64,000 nucleotides of DNA from an uncultured bacterium (GCA_903854195.1 CAINVO010000029.1:2557-66556); one strand, 5' to 3'; positions 29,241 through 39,567 are shown, numbered from the stretch's first letter. Numbers and translations are program-made. Notes: generated by a model from the sequence alone, not told the origin.

Positions 29241-29294
29241 ACACCTAGAGACGTACAGAAATGATCACTATTACAGCGGTATTTAATTTAAAAA

Positions 29295-30995
29295 TTATTT
29301 CTTCATAACCAAACGGACCAAACGAATATCCAAATATGTAAATTTTGAGCCAAGCTTATTTTTTACAGGTGCAAGAAAGAAAACTTTTGAAGAAAGATTC
29401 TTCAATTCTCTTAACGCAGATTCTATTTTTTGTCGCTTAACTGATGAAATATGAGATGCAAGATATTCAACATCAATAGATGGATCTTCCTCTATGAGTT
29501 TTTCAATATGACTGACAACAGTTTCTGGAGTTAAATCTCTTTTTTCAGCAATTCTAGTAAGCGGAGTTTTTGAAACAACATACTCCAAAGTAACATCGAG
29601 AGTTGAAAGTTTTTTAGCCTTTTCGACAACCCCAGTAATTTTATTTATTATTTTCTTTCCACCATTTGCACCAACGACGCCCCCATTTCTAATCAAGAAA
29701 TCTTCCTGTGTTCTGTGAATAGCTTCTATGGATGTTTCAGCCAAAGCATTTTTAGCAGATTCGGAAAGACTCCGGAGCTTTTGATCAAACTCCAAGACTT
29801 CTTCATTCACCTGTAGTGCCATTTGATTAAAACCAAGCAAAGACAAACCAGCAAGGGTACGCACACGTGAAAGAGCAACGTACCCCATCCCTTTTTCAAA
29901 AGATCTAGATAAATCAACCTCTACAGCATCCAAACTCATTCCCTGACTTTTGTGTACTGTGATCGCCCAAGCAAGTCTCAAAGGATACTGAATAATTTCT
30001 GCTTTTACATTTCCTTCATCTTCAATGCGCCAACTCGCTTTTGCAATTGAAAGAATTTTTCCTGTTGCTGTTCGTATCACCGGATCCTCATTTTGCTTAC
30101 ATGAGATCACTACTCCTGAAGTCCCGTTTACAAACCCTGCTTCATAATTATTTTTTACACACATAACCCTGGCGCCGACTTTTAATTGTAAAAGTGTGGG
30201 CGCCAGACACGTTTTTTTTATCAAATCAACATACTGCTGTTTTCCGCGACTAGCCATTTCATAAGTTGTCACATCCCCGCCTATTTTATCAAGAGACTCG
30301 GCATTCACTTTATCAACATCAATATTATGAGTATATAGTCGCGTCGGCTCAATATCCATTTCCACTTTTTTCTGATAACGCTCTTCTAGAAAAGAACCTA
30401 TGTCCGAATCTAAATCATTAGAACGAATAGCGTTAAGAACCGTCAAAAAATTATCATCAGTCTGTCTATACTGAGTAGTGAGATAGCATATTGCAAACTC
30501 GGAGTCTTCCCAAGCTTTTGATCTAAAAACAAAAAAAGCTTTTGGCTCCCCCATGCGGGAAACTGGCGGCAACTGAAAAAAATCACCGACAAGCACAACT
30601 TGTATTCCCCCAAAAGGTTTGGTAGAACGTCTAAAATTTTTCAATATCTTATCAATCAAATCCAATCGAAAATGGTGAAGCATAGACACTTCGTCAATTA
30701 TCAAAACTTTTACCCTTTCAAAACGTTTCCAAAGATACTGTCTACCCTCTAAATAGTCTATATCCTTTTCTGACAACGTATCGCGAATACCAAGCCCTGA
30801 CCATGAATGAATAGTCACTCCCCCCATATGAGTAGCGGCAATACCAGTAGATGCAGTAACGGCCACTTCAACGTCATTTTCATGTAAGTAGGAAATATAA
30901 CGATTTACCAAGTGTGTTTTACCTGATCCAGCGGATCCTGTAATAAAAACATTGATGCCTGTCTTTAAGATTTCGAATGCTTCGTCTTGATTCAT
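29295..30995 (-). CDS. PIF1/RecD-like SF1 DNA helicase with C-terminal HTH
   Basis: TGSAGSGKT, TASTGIAA, IIDEVSM, GDFFQLPPV, AITVHKSQG and YVALSR motifs. Confidence 0.9.
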   Translation of the reverse strand: MNQDEAFEILKTGINVFITGSAGSGKTHLVNRYISYLHENDVEVAVTASTGIAATHMGGVTIHSWSGLGIRDTLSEKDIDYLEGRQYLWKRFERVKVLIIDEVSMLHHFRLDLIDKILKNFRRSTKPFGGIQVVLVGDFFQLPPVSRMGEPKAFFVFRSKAWEDSEFAICYLTTQYRQTDDNFLTVLNAIRSNDLDSDIGSFLEERYQKKVEMDIEPTRLYTHNIDVDKVNAESLDKIGGDVTTYEMASRGKQQYVDLIKKTCLAPTLLQLKVGARVMCVKNNYEAGFVNGTSGVVISCKQNEDPVIRTATGKILSIAKASWRIEDEGNVKAEIIQYPLRLAWAITVHKSQGMSLDAVEVDLSRSFEKGMGYVALSRVRTLAGLSLLGFNQMALQVNEEVLEFDQKLRSLSESAKNALAETSIEAIHRTQEDFLIRNGGVVGANGGKKIINKITGVVEKAKKLSTLDVTLEYVVSKTPLTRIAEKRDLTPETVVSHIEKLIEEDPSIDVEYLASHISSVKRQKIESALRELKNLSSKVFFLAPVKNKLGSKFTYLDIRLVRLVMKK

Positions 30996-31118
30996 TGGGA
31001 GTGATTATACTACATACCCCAATGAAATAAATATGATCAATATATGGTATTAACGCTTAGGTGGATAACCGAGGTATAATTGTGTCTGTTACTATATTTA
31101 ATAATTAAAATAAAAAAC

Positions 31119-31427
31119 ATGTCAAAAAAAATTATAATATCGATAATAATTGCGCTATTGGTAATAGTTGGTGCTGTCTGGTATTTTAGTCAGCCTGCAA
31201 ATCCTTTAACACCAGATACTTCGGATCTATCAGCCTCAAGTTCTCAACAAATAGATCAAAATAGTGACACCAGTTCAACCACCCCCACAAACGAAACATC
31301 AGTTTCAAACACAAGCAACACAGACGTTTCAATTAATCAGGATTTAAATGGAGTTGATACACAACTCAATGCACTAGGTACTGATAATGCAACAACAGAC
31401 AAAGGTCTAAACAACCCAAATCAATAA
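31119..31427 (+). CDS. Small membrane-anchored S/T/N-rich protein
   Basis: MSKKIIIS.. TM followed by low-complexity polar tail. Confidence 0.65.
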   Translation: MSKKIIISIIIALLVIVGAVWYFSQPANPLTPDTSDLSASSSQQIDQNSDTSSTTPTNETSVSNTSNTDVSINQDLNGVDTQLNALGTDNATTDKGLNNPNQ

Positions 31428-31452
31428 ACAATAATTTTAAAAAATAAAATAT

Positions 31453-32268
31453 ATGAATACTAAAAAAATTACCACAGCCCTTATTACCATTGCTACTAGT
31501 GCATCTTTACTAGCTGGTGTAGCAATTGTACCAACTACCTATGCTGATTCTACAAGTACAGCCAACACAGCAGGTCTAAAATCAGGCGCAAACGCCGCTG
31601 CCCGACTAGCAAAAATAATTGCAAGAAGTGATACAGCAATCACCGCACGGATTGCAGACCTAAACAAACTAAACACAAGAGTTCAGGGATTAAAAAATGT
31701 ATCTTCAACCGAAAAAACAAATATCTCCAATGATGTCCAGACTAACATCTCGGGGCTTACATCATTAAAAGCAAAAATTGATGCAGACACTGATGCAACA
31801 GCAGCACTTAATGACGAAAAAACAATAACAGGTAGTTTCAGAATTTACGCATTGGTAGTTCCTCAAGGTTCCATTTTGGCATCAGTAGATAGAGTAAATA
31901 CAATAGTTGACCTAATGACACCTATTGGATCAAAGATTCAATCACGGATCACAGCTGACCAAACTGCAGGAAAAGATGTATCAGCTCTACAAACACTACT
32001 ATCAGATTTTAATTCAAAAATAGCTGACGCAAAAATCCAAGCAGTAGCAGCTCAATCTGGTGTTGTATCCCTAGTTCCAGACCAGGGCAACAAAACAACA
32101 CTTGCTTCAAACACAGCAGCTCTAAAGGCAGCAAGAGCAAACATCAAGACAGCCACAAATGATTTACAAACTGCACGACAAGATGCAAAAAAAATCACAC
32201 AAAGCTTAAAGACTATGGACAAACAGTCTTCAACAAGCTCATCCGCTTCATCTACAGTTAGCCAGTAG
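31453..32268 (+). CDS. Secreted alpha-helical/coiled-coil protein
   Basis: Signal peptide, Ala/Thr-rich helices, FRIYALVVPQ motif. Confidence 0.7.
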   Translation: MNTKKITTALITIATSASLLAGVAIVPTTYADSTSTANTAGLKSGANAAARLAKIIARSDTAITARIADLNKLNTRVQGLKNVSSTEKTNISNDVQTNISGLTSLKAKIDADTDATAALNDEKTITGSFRIYALVVPQGSILASVDRVNTIVDLMTPIGSKIQSRITADQTAGKDVSALQTLLSDFNSKIADAKIQAVAAQSGVVSLVPDQGNKTTLASNTAALKAARANIKTATNDLQTARQDAKKITQSLKTMDKQSSTSSSASSTVSQ

Positions 32269-32300
32269 GTTTGTAGTATTTCAAAAAAATTATTTAATTT

Positions 32301-32330
32301 AAAAAAACACCCCTTGCGGGGTGTTTTTTT
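32301..32330. terminator. Bidirectional terminator
   Basis: AAAAAAACACCCC-TTGC-GGGGTGTTTTTTT. Confidence 0.75.
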
Positions 32331-32347
32331 AATATATAAATACAAAT

Positions 32348-32656
32348 TTATTTTACATTTGAAACTTCCTTAACATTCTCAATTTCAGAATTGTCTGTAC
32401 ACCTAAGTGGATTACTTCCTGGCGCAGGAACACTAATAGTATACAAATATCCAGTATTACATCTGTACAAATAGCAATGCGACGGAACTGTTGCAGAACA
32501 AAAAACTTCTTCTGTCTTTTTCCCTGAGACAGCTTGCTGAATTGACGTTTGGTCGCTTGTCGACATGTATCCTATTTTCTCGTTTGACTTAAAGTAAAAG
32601 AAACCTGCAGAAACCAAAACAACCACAATCGCACCGATAGCAATATTTTTTTTCAT
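32348..32656 (-). CDS. Small anchored protein with 4 Cys
   Basis: N-terminal TM; Cys-containing extracellular domain. Confidence 0.6.
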   Translation of the reverse strand: MKKNIAIGAIVVVLVSAGFFYFKSNEKIGYMSTSDQTSIQQAVSGKKTEEVFCSATVPSHCYLYRCNTGYLYTISVPAPGSNPLRCTDNSEIENVKEVSNVK

Positions 32657-32764
32657 TTGCTAATTGTACCAAAGTTTTAAATACAAAAACTGTTTATAAG
32701 GTTGAATAGTGCAAACATTATCACAACAAGGCCAGCTGTCTTAAAAAATACTACAGATTTTAAA

Positions 32765-33343
32765 CTATTGTTTAATCATAAAATCCAACTTATTACTAAT
32801 CACACTCCAAGGTTTAACATAAACCTTATATAGACCTGGTCTCATACCCACATATGATGAACAAGGTAACCCTGACTCACCCAAAGATTTCGTACACAAC
32901 TGATTGGGTAAGGTTATCGTAAGGGTTGTGGCACCAGCTGGAACATAACTGTTAGTTTCAATCACCCCAGATTGCCCTGTTTCATTTTCAAACCAAATGG
33001 CTGTTCCACCTTCAAATCCATTAAGGTAAATACCTTTAATTGTAAGAACTGTTCCTTGGTGGTCAGTCTGCTTAGGATTTATGGAATATATTTTTGGAAT
33101 TTTTGTTCCATCATTTACGAAAGAGTCTTTGGTGCTGGTAGCTATTGGGGCGACTTCACTTGAAGTACCAATCGACACACTCGTATCACTCTGAGCATTG
33201 TTTAATGAGTTAACATCCTGAGTATTTTTAATCTCAGGTTTTTTGTTATTTTGTAAATAAAGATACAAAATGAAACTGGCAATTAGAACTACAATTACAG
33301 TAATTAAAAATGGAACAATAAATCCTCTTTGTGATTTTTTCAT
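32765..33343 (-). CDS. Secreted IPT/TIG-like protein with prepilin-like leader
   Basis: MKKSQRG|FI followed by TM; PKIYSINP..GTVLTIKG..PGLYKVYV..SN. Confidence 0.7.
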   Translation of the reverse strand: MKKSQRGFIVPFLITVIVVLIASFILYLYLQNNKKPEIKNTQDVNSLNNAQSDTSVSIGTSSEVAPIATSTKDSFVNDGTKIPKIYSINPKQTDHQGTVLTIKGIYLNGFEGGTAIWFENETGQSGVIETNSYVPAGATTLTITLPNQLCTKSLGESGLPCSSYVGMRPGLYKVYVKPWSVISNKLDFMIKQ

Positions 33344-33503
33344 ATTCTTTTAATTATATAATAAATTTATCAAACCTAAAGTAAAAATAATATATTGAGA
33401 CACCTCAACTGGTGGACTACTCGGTTTCAGTACTAAGGTAGTGAGACACTATATGGGGTTTTTAGTGCAATTTCAGGGCCTTGCTCAAGGTTCTCGGGTC
33501 GGA

Positions 33504-34097
33504 CTATAATTTTCGGAAAATGAAGTTCAGATAATTCTTTGAGCGTGGTTTAAAAGTTTCGAAATACACAAGTTCAAAACCATGATTTTTACATAAGCCT
33601 ACAACTTCATCTTTCTGATAGAAACTAAACCAGCGAGGCATATCAATCCCTGAACTTTCTTTATATTCTTCGGTGTCACCCTCAATGAGGCCAAGAGCAA
33701 AGATCCCAGAATAGTTGAGAACGCGAGAAATTTCCTTGAGAGAAATAGTAAAAGATTTCTTAGGAATATGGAGAAGTGCTGTATATGACCATACACCATC
33801 AAATGACTCGTTTTCAAATGGCAGGCTATCAAACCCTGCAAGGATAGATTTGAGACCTCTTTCGGAAGAGAGTTTCACCATCGCTTCCGAGGCATCTACA
33901 CAAAAGACTTCCTTTCCAGATTGTTGAAGCAATAATCCGTCTCTACCTGGACCACTCCCAGCATCGATTATTTTCTTACCAGACAATTCGATGAATTTAT
34001 CTAAGAACGCACGAGGAAAACGCTCCCAGAAATCGATGGTTTCGTCGTCATACTCCTTCGCCATTTTGTTGTACGTGTCGATTGTTTGTTGATCCAT
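33504..34097 (-). CDS. Class I SAM-dependent methyltransferase
   Basis: IIDAGSGPGRD, VDASEAM, LPFENESFDGVW..ALLH. Confidence 0.88.
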   Translation of the reverse strand: MDQQTIDTYNKMAKEYDDETIDFWERFPRAFLDKFIELSGKKIIDAGSGPGRDGLLLQQSGKEVFCVDASEAMVKLSSERGLKSILAGFDSLPFENESFDGVWSYTALLHIPKKSFTISLKEISRVLNYSGIFALGLIEGDTEEYKESSGIDMPRWFSFYQKDEVVGLCKNHGFELVYFETFKPRSKNYLNFIFRKL

Positions 34098-34186
34098 GAT
34101 TGATGATTTTAACTTATATTTTCGGATTCAGGTAATTGAGCCGCTATACTTAGCAAGTCTTCGGTCATACCGATATTAAGTTTTAT

Positions 34187-34276
34187 TGGCGGAGGAGGTG
34201 GGATTTGAACCCACGAGAAGCTTTCGCCCCTGCCGATGTTCGAGATCGGTGCTTTCAACCACTCAGCCACTCCTCC
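34187..34276 (-). tRNA. tRNA-Ser(CGA), CCA encoded
   Basis: Minus strand GGAGGAG..CCGAT-CT-CGA-AC-ATCGG, long variable arm, GGTTCAAATCC..CTCCTCC-GCCA. Confidence 0.95.
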
Positions 34277-34377
34277 ATAATCTAATTAGCCTCATGAATA
34301 TAGCAGTTTTTTGCCTTTTTTACAAAAAATGTTATAGTACTTGAGTTATTTTTGGACAGTCAGATATTTAATTTTAT

Positions 34378-34449
34378 GGCCCTATCGTCTATCGGTTAGG
34401 ACATCGCCTTTTCAAGGCGAGAAGCAGAGTTCGACTCTCTGTAGGGTCA
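34378..34449 (+). tRNA. tRNA-Glu(TTC)
   Basis: GGCCCTA/TAGGGTC stem, TCGCC-TT-TTC-AA-GGCGA, AGTTCGACT. Confidence 0.93.
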
Positions 34450-34493
34450 CAAATTTTAGCCAAATACAGTAATAGGAGTATACTTATCTGTAT

Positions 34494-34694
34494 ATGAACG
34501 AAGACAAAGAAAATAAAGATTCTTGCCGGAATAGTAGGCGTCATTTTCATGGGAGAGTATTCCCAGGCATTTGGCTTATTGTTATTGGTGGTATTTTTCT
34601 TTTAAATAATTTTGGATATTTACAAGGGGAAGCTTGGGGAAAGTTATGGCCCATATTTATTATCATCCCGGGATTATTTATGATATTTCGTTAA
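34494..34694 (+). CDS. Small membrane protein (DUF5668/LiaI-LiaF-like)
   Basis: GIWLIVIGGIFLLNNFG...LWPIFIIIPG. Confidence 0.7.
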   Translation: MNEDKENKDSCRNSRRHFHGRVFPGIWLIVIGGIFLLNNFGYLQGEAWGKLWPIFIIIPGLFMIFR

Positions 34695-34708
34695 ATTCTT
34701 GATAGATA

Positions 34709-34963
34709 ATGAAAAAAATATTTAGCACGAAGAAAATTATTGAATTGTTTGGATGGTATGGAACGATTGCAATAATTCTTGCGTATATTCTAGTCAGTTT
34801 TTCTATTATCAGTGTGACCAATATTTGGTATCAATTACTCAACGGGACTGGGGCTTTAGGTATTATTTTTGATGCTTTTTATAAAAAAGATTATCAGCCT
34901 GGTGTACTAAACATTGTTTGGGCTAGTGTTGCTGTAATTGCTATTTTACGAATACTTTTTTAA
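34709..34963 (+). CDS. CBU_0592-like small membrane protein
   Basis: GWYG..ILAY.L..YQLLN.TG...QP.VLNIVW. Confidence 0.65.
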   Translation: MKKIFSTKKIIELFGWYGTIAIILAYILVSFSIISVTNIWYQLLNGTGALGIIFDAFYKKDYQPGVLNIVWASVAVIAILRILF

Positions 34964-34974
34964 TTTAAAATACT

Positions 34975-35466
34975 ATGAAAAATTCACAAAAAGGATTTGC
35001 TGTTCCCTTTTTAACTACTATAATTGTAATTCTGATTGTGAGCTTCGGTGTATATCTTTATTCACAAAGCAAAAGATCTCAACCTATCACCCCAGAGAGC
35101 ACAATCTCCACATCAACTCCCCCATCTGAATCTGACTTAAATAAATCGTTAAGTATTTCAACAACCACTTCTACAAACGTACCGGTAACTATTAACATTG
35201 ATTTATGTGACAACAATAGCCCCGGATACTGTTTTGGAAGTGGCGGACAACCAAGCAACAAAACAATGAAGGACGTTACTTTATGGTACAGAATTTCAAC
35301 AGATACCATGTATGTTATTGGGATACAAACTACTAACACTAATGGGAATGATAAATTTTATGGTGTCGACATTGATTTTAGTAATCATATATATACAAAC
35401 AAAGAGACTAATGAAATGGAAAATGTTGTGTTATCACTTTTTGCGGATAAAAAAATAAAATTATAG
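34975..35466 (+). CDS. Secreted protein with prepilin-like leader
   Basis: MKNSQKG|FA followed by TM, S/T linker and a Cys pair. Confidence 0.65.
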   Translation: MKNSQKGFAVPFLTTIIVILIVSFGVYLYSQSKRSQPITPESTISTSTPPSESDLNKSLSISTTTSTNVPVTINIDLCDNNSPGYCFGSGGQPSNKTMKDVTLWYRISTDTMYVIGIQTTNTNGNDKFYGVDIDFSNHIYTNKETNEMENVVLSLFADKKIKL

Positions 35467-35577
35467 TTTTTTTGTAATATTAGAATAAATAAAAAACCTG
35501 TTCCGCAAAATCAATTGCAAAACAGGTTTTATTTTTAAAATCATATACCGACTTGGGTCGCTGATAACTGATAAATT

Positions 35578-36378
35578 TTATCTTTTAAACATCGACGCTC
35601 TTTGAAACATCTTGAGCGCTTTGATTGGATATTTTTTTGCCATGTGCCAATCAATTGGATCATGTGCATCACCGCTTGGACGAAGCCTCCCTTGGGCATC
35701 AAGACTGATGTCAGGAAACTCCTTTATCAGAGGTTCAGCCAGATACATCGTATCGGGGCCAAGACCTCCGGCGACAGCAATACCAAGATCTGGAAAGTTT
35801 TCTTTGATGGCACGGACGAATGGTATCATCTTGAGACCATTCATACCCAAACCTTTTCCTCCGCTTTTATCCAACAAAACGAAGTCAACAACCTCAGCAT
35901 AATCCTCTAGTCTTTCGACTAGTGCCGCCGGATCATCCCCCACCTGATCAAAGGCATCTCTGCCAACCTGAAGGATGACCTCCAAACGTTTCCTTGATCC
36001 GTGAACTGCGTTTGAGATTTCCGCGGGTTCAGGCCAAATCATATCCAGCTGTAGAGCGTTTACACCCATACCGCCATAGCCTATTGCGCGACAAAGCGTC
36101 TCGGCGAGATTTGGATTATTCTCGTAGTCAGCAAAATGAAGACAATTCATAACCCGAGGAGAATCAGAAGAAAATATTCCAGAAATCTCCTCCTTCTTAG
36201 GAAAAATCGAAGACCACTGTGTCTCCAACCCGTTCAGTGTTTTGTAGCTCATCATCACGCCGACGTGGAGCCTTCGGAACAAACCGAACCTGCGGCTGCT
36301 GTTAAAAACTTCAAGCATTTTCAGTACTTGGTCATACTTCGTAAAATCGGTAATACCGATATATGGAACTTTTGTCAT
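35578..36378 (-). CDS. TrpF (PRA isomerase)-like TIM-barrel protein
   Basis: YIGIT, LQLD, VLLDKSGGKG, VAGGLGP and SLDAQGRLR match the ribulose-phosphate-binding barrel pattern; own promoter and GGAGG SD. Confidence 0.65.
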   Translation of the reverse strand: MTKVPYIGITDFTKYDQVLKMLEVFNSSRRFGLFRRLHVGVMMSYKTLNGLETQWSSIFPKKEEISGIFSSDSPRVMNCLHFADYENNPNLAETLCRAIGYGGMGVNALQLDMIWPEPAEISNAVHGSRKRLEVILQVGRDAFDQVGDDPAALVERLEDYAEVVDFVLLDKSGGKGLGMNGLKMIPFVRAIKENFPDLGIAVAGGLGPDTMYLAEPLIKEFPDISLDAQGRLRPSGDAHDPIDWHMAKKYPIKALKMFQRASMFKR

Positions 36379-36467
36379 TCTAAAATCCTCCCAATATTTG
36401 AATTTACTTATCTAGAATGACATTAAAATAAGTGGCAAAGAAAGTCAAATATCCAAAATTACGGAAA

Positions 36468-38624
36468 TTATTTCATCAATAACGCATTTACAAAACTTCT
36501 TGTAGCTTTGAAAAAATTACCAGTTCCATGTATTAGATTAGAAGGTTTCAAAATTTCAACAGCATTAGCTTCTTGAAATTTGATAAGTGCATTTCTGGTA
36601 GCTTGGCCAAATATGTTTGTTTCATAACCCAACGATCCTGCACCTTTTTTTGAAACAAGGAATCCTTTATTATTTAAAAATTTCTGAAGACGCATTACGT
36701 CTAAATCTTTTAATCCTAACTTCAAATCCTTCAAGAAAAGAGCAATTTGACCATGTTTGAGAATATTGTCCTGGGTTGATGTCGCAACCAATCTGCCACC
36801 ACCAATTGGTCCAATTCTTGGACCTACGGACACAACCGGAAGATTTATTGAAACCACCGGCGCCACAAAATCCGGATAATTGTCTGAGTGACCATACCAA
36901 ACTGGAGATGAAAAATCCCATAACGGTTCAGAATTTAATGTTGTGGTAAAAATATCTTTAGTCTTATCATAAAACCATGTTTGGTCTCCATCTATATATC
37001 CGTCCCCTCCTCCAGATAAAATATTATATGTTACATTTGTACTCGTACCCATATTATCTACATTTCCAATTGCAAATGTTGGACCACTTGGAGAAACAAA
37101 CCAACCTAAATTTGACATAGAATCCAAATAACTTATTTGACCATCAAGTTCACCTATCAATCCTCCAACATTCGATGTTAACCCAACAACTAAACCTGTA
37201 GAGAAAGAATTACTAATAGGATCATTGTTTACCCTGCCAATGAGACCTCCGACATAGTCCTCTCCAGTAACGTTTCCTGTAGCATATGAATTCACGACAG
37301 ATGTTGGGAAAGGATAACCTCCTGCTGAACTTTCTCCAACAAGGCCTCCGACATTGTTGGTACCATGAATATTTGCTGTAGAGTATGTATTTTCAATGTG
37401 ACCCTTGTCGTTAAAGCCCACGAGACCTCCTGTGTAACTTCCTCCGGTAATGTTTCCTTTTGTAAAAACTTTCACCACCTGACCATGGACATTATATCCA
37501 ACTACCCCACCAACAGAGTTGCTACCAGTAATATTTTCATTCAATAAACCAAAATTTTTAATAACTGCACCATTAGTTTGAGAAAATAAACCGGCAAAAA
37601 ATTCAGACGAATTTTCAAATAAGTTTGAAATTACATGACCTTGACCATTAAATGTGCCGGAAAAATAAGGTGAGACTGAACCAATTGGTGTAAATCCCGC
37701 ACCATTGTTGAATAAATTAGAATTAAAATTTGGATTTAGAGAATCAGAAATATTTGTAGCAGAGCAATCAACATCATCAGTGAGTATGAAATTTTTGTTT
37801 AAAAAAATACCACTTGCTGCTGCTATGTTTTGAAGTTGTATACAGCTGTTTATTTGAAATGGACTTCCTACACTTCCGTCACCACCTGCAAAAAATGGTT
37901 CCATTGTTGTAAAGGTTTGATTTGAACTAGTAGCAAAATGACCATTTCCATCATCCATAATCACCCTAAAATTATAAGTTGTGCTAGGAGTAAGGCCATT
38001 AATATCTACAGACCATCCAGGATTTGCATTTATATTTTGACCATAACTTTCTGTTTTTCCATACTGAACAACTGCATTAATCAATGCAGGATCTGCATTC
38101 CAAACAATATTTGCAATTGTGTCTAAAGTGTTTGTGCCCCATGCATCAATACTACCGGCTGGACTTATATTTATTATGATTGGATCAATACTAACTACTG
38201 AGTCTGAGTCATTATTTATATAGTTAAAATTATAACTGCCAGAATATTTGGCATTAGCAACATTATGCAAAGTTACAGTAATAGCAGATCCTACAGGAAT
38301 ATCAGAATCAATATAAATATAGGCATCACTACCACTATAAAATGGTGCCGCGAGATTTTTCAAAACCCCATCAACAGATACAGTTGCCGTTGCATTGCTT
38401 AAATCAAAAGATCCATCAAAACTAAAATGTGCAACCACCCCGGTTGCAGGAATGTCTGTTTCGTTTGTAAAGTTGAAAGTATAGTCAGTGTTGGTATTCG
38501 CCACATAAGAATTAGCTGAATAGGAAAAATTACTAAGTGTGCCAGCGTAAACGTAATTTACCCCTGCAAAGAACAAAACCACTAAATAAAAAATACAACA
38601 AAAAAAACCGATACTTCTTTCCAT
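36468..38624 (-). CDS. Large surface protein: Fn3-like domain, GLUG-type repeats, C-terminal peptidoglycan-binding domain
   Basis: GLTPSTTYNFRV; GGDGSVGSPFQI; repeated VGGLVG; DVMRLQKFLN..FGQATRNALIKFQ. Confidence 0.8.
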   Translation of the reverse strand: MERSIGFFCCIFYLVVLFFAGVNYVYAGTLSNFSYSANSYVANTNTDYTFNFTNETDIPATGVVAHFSFDGSFDLSNATATVSVDGVLKNLAAPFYSGSDAYIYIDSDIPVGSAITVTLHNVANAKYSGSYNFNYINNDSDSVVSIDPIIINISPAGSIDAWGTNTLDTIANIVWNADPALINAVVQYGKTESYGQNINANPGWSVDINGLTPSTTYNFRVIMDDGNGHFATSSNQTFTTMEPFFAGGDGSVGSPFQINSCIQLQNIAAASGIFLNKNFILTDDVDCSATNISDSLNPNFNSNLFNNGAGFTPIGSVSPYFSGTFNGQGHVISNLFENSSEFFAGLFSQTNGAVIKNFGLLNENITGSNSVGGVVGYNVHGQVVKVFTKGNITGGSYTGGLVGFNDKGHIENTYSTANIHGTNNVGGLVGESSAGGYPFPTSVVNSYATGNVTGEDYVGGLIGRVNNDPISNSFSTGLVVGLTSNVGGLIGELDGQISYLDSMSNLGWFVSPSGPTFAIGNVDNMGTSTNVTYNILSGGGDGYIDGDQTWFYDKTKDIFTTTLNSEPLWDFSSPVWYGHSDNYPDFVAPVVSINLPVVSVGPRIGPIGGGRLVATSTQDNILKHGQIALFLKDLKLGLKDLDVMRLQKFLNNKGFLVSKKGAGSLGYETNIFGQATRNALIKFQEANAVEILKPSNLIHGTGNFFKATRSFVNALLMK

Positions 38625-38691
38625 ATTGGCTATATTATATCAATCCAAACCTTAAAAGTAAAAACCAAAAAATTACTTGAAAAAAGTCAAA

Positions 38692-39084
38692 TTAAGAAAG
38701 TATCTCTCTAATTTTTGCAATAAGGTCGTTAATTGGCCAGTCTGACTTTACAAGATAATAAGCCGATTTATCTTCCTTTATTTCTTTCATAACTTTTTCA
38801 TCATCTGCACCAAGGTTTGTAAGAAGAATAACTGGCACATTTTTTCCCCATTCATTTTCCAGTCGTAATTTTTTTAACATAGATATTCCATCCATCTTAG
38901 GCATCACCACATCAAGCAGAATAACGTGGGGTTGTTCCTTAAGTGCTGTTGAAAGACCTGTTTCTCCATCATTAGCACTTATCACAAAAAAGCCTTCTCT
39001 CGAAAATTTATCACGCAAGGCGTTCCGTAAAGAAACCTCATCCTCAATTATTAATATGATATGTCTTACAGGTATAGTGTTCAT
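38692..39084 (-). CDS. Single-domain response regulator (receiver)
   Basis: ILIIEDE, ILLDVVMPKMDG, VILLTN, YLVK. Confidence 0.9.
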   Translation of the reverse strand: MNTIPVRHIILIIEDEVSLRNALRDKFSREGFFVISANDGETGLSTALKEQPHVILLDVVMPKMDGISMLKKLRLENEWGKNVPVILLTNLGADDEKVMKEIKEDKSAYYLVKSDWPINDLIAKIREILS

Positions 39085-39090
39085 TATTTA

Positions 39091-39567
39091 TTATTTTAAG
39101 ATTCCGGCTGGCAGTAAGGATAAATTTATATCAGAGATTATATTTTCAAGTTTATTTTCAGACTTTACATAGTATTTACTTACGCCAAGTTTTTTATATG
39201 TATCAACAAGCTCAGCATCTGAAGTGTTTGAAACAACAAAAATAGGAACATCCTTCCAACGATCACCATTTGATTTAAATTTTGTGACAAAATCAAGTCC
39301 ATCATCTTCACCTAAAAGATTATGATCTAACCAAATAGCATCAACTTTTTCTAAACTTTCAAGATAGGCGAGAACAGCTGCAACACTATTAGATGTTACA
39401 TTTCCAGATCTATTTTTTTTCATGTCTACACTAAAAGCCCTTTCGACACTACGAGAAGTCATGACATTAAAATCACTCTTTTCAAGCTTAGCTTTAATAA
39501 CTTCGAGCAAAGATTTTTCGTCCTCGATTAGCAATATTGTTTTCTTTTCCTGAGATTTGGTTTTCAT
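39091..39567 (-). CDS. Atypical single-domain response regulator with insertion
   Basis: ILLIEDE, IWLDHNL..DG, VVSN, YYVK; about 25-aa insert. Confidence 0.8.
   Translation of the reverse strand: MKTKSQEKKTILLIEDEKSLLEVIKAKLEKSDFNVMTSRSVERAFSVDMKKNRSGNVTSNSVAAVLAYLESLEKVDAIWLDHNLLGEDDGLDFVTKFKSNGDRWKDVPIFVVSNTSDAELVDTYKKLGVSKYYVKSENKLENIISDINLSLLPAGILK

Noticed and set aside
31060-31070. DnaA-box-like 9-mers (here, about 53712 and about 62710)
   Set aside because: Isolated, imperfect and unclustered; no evidence for oriC.
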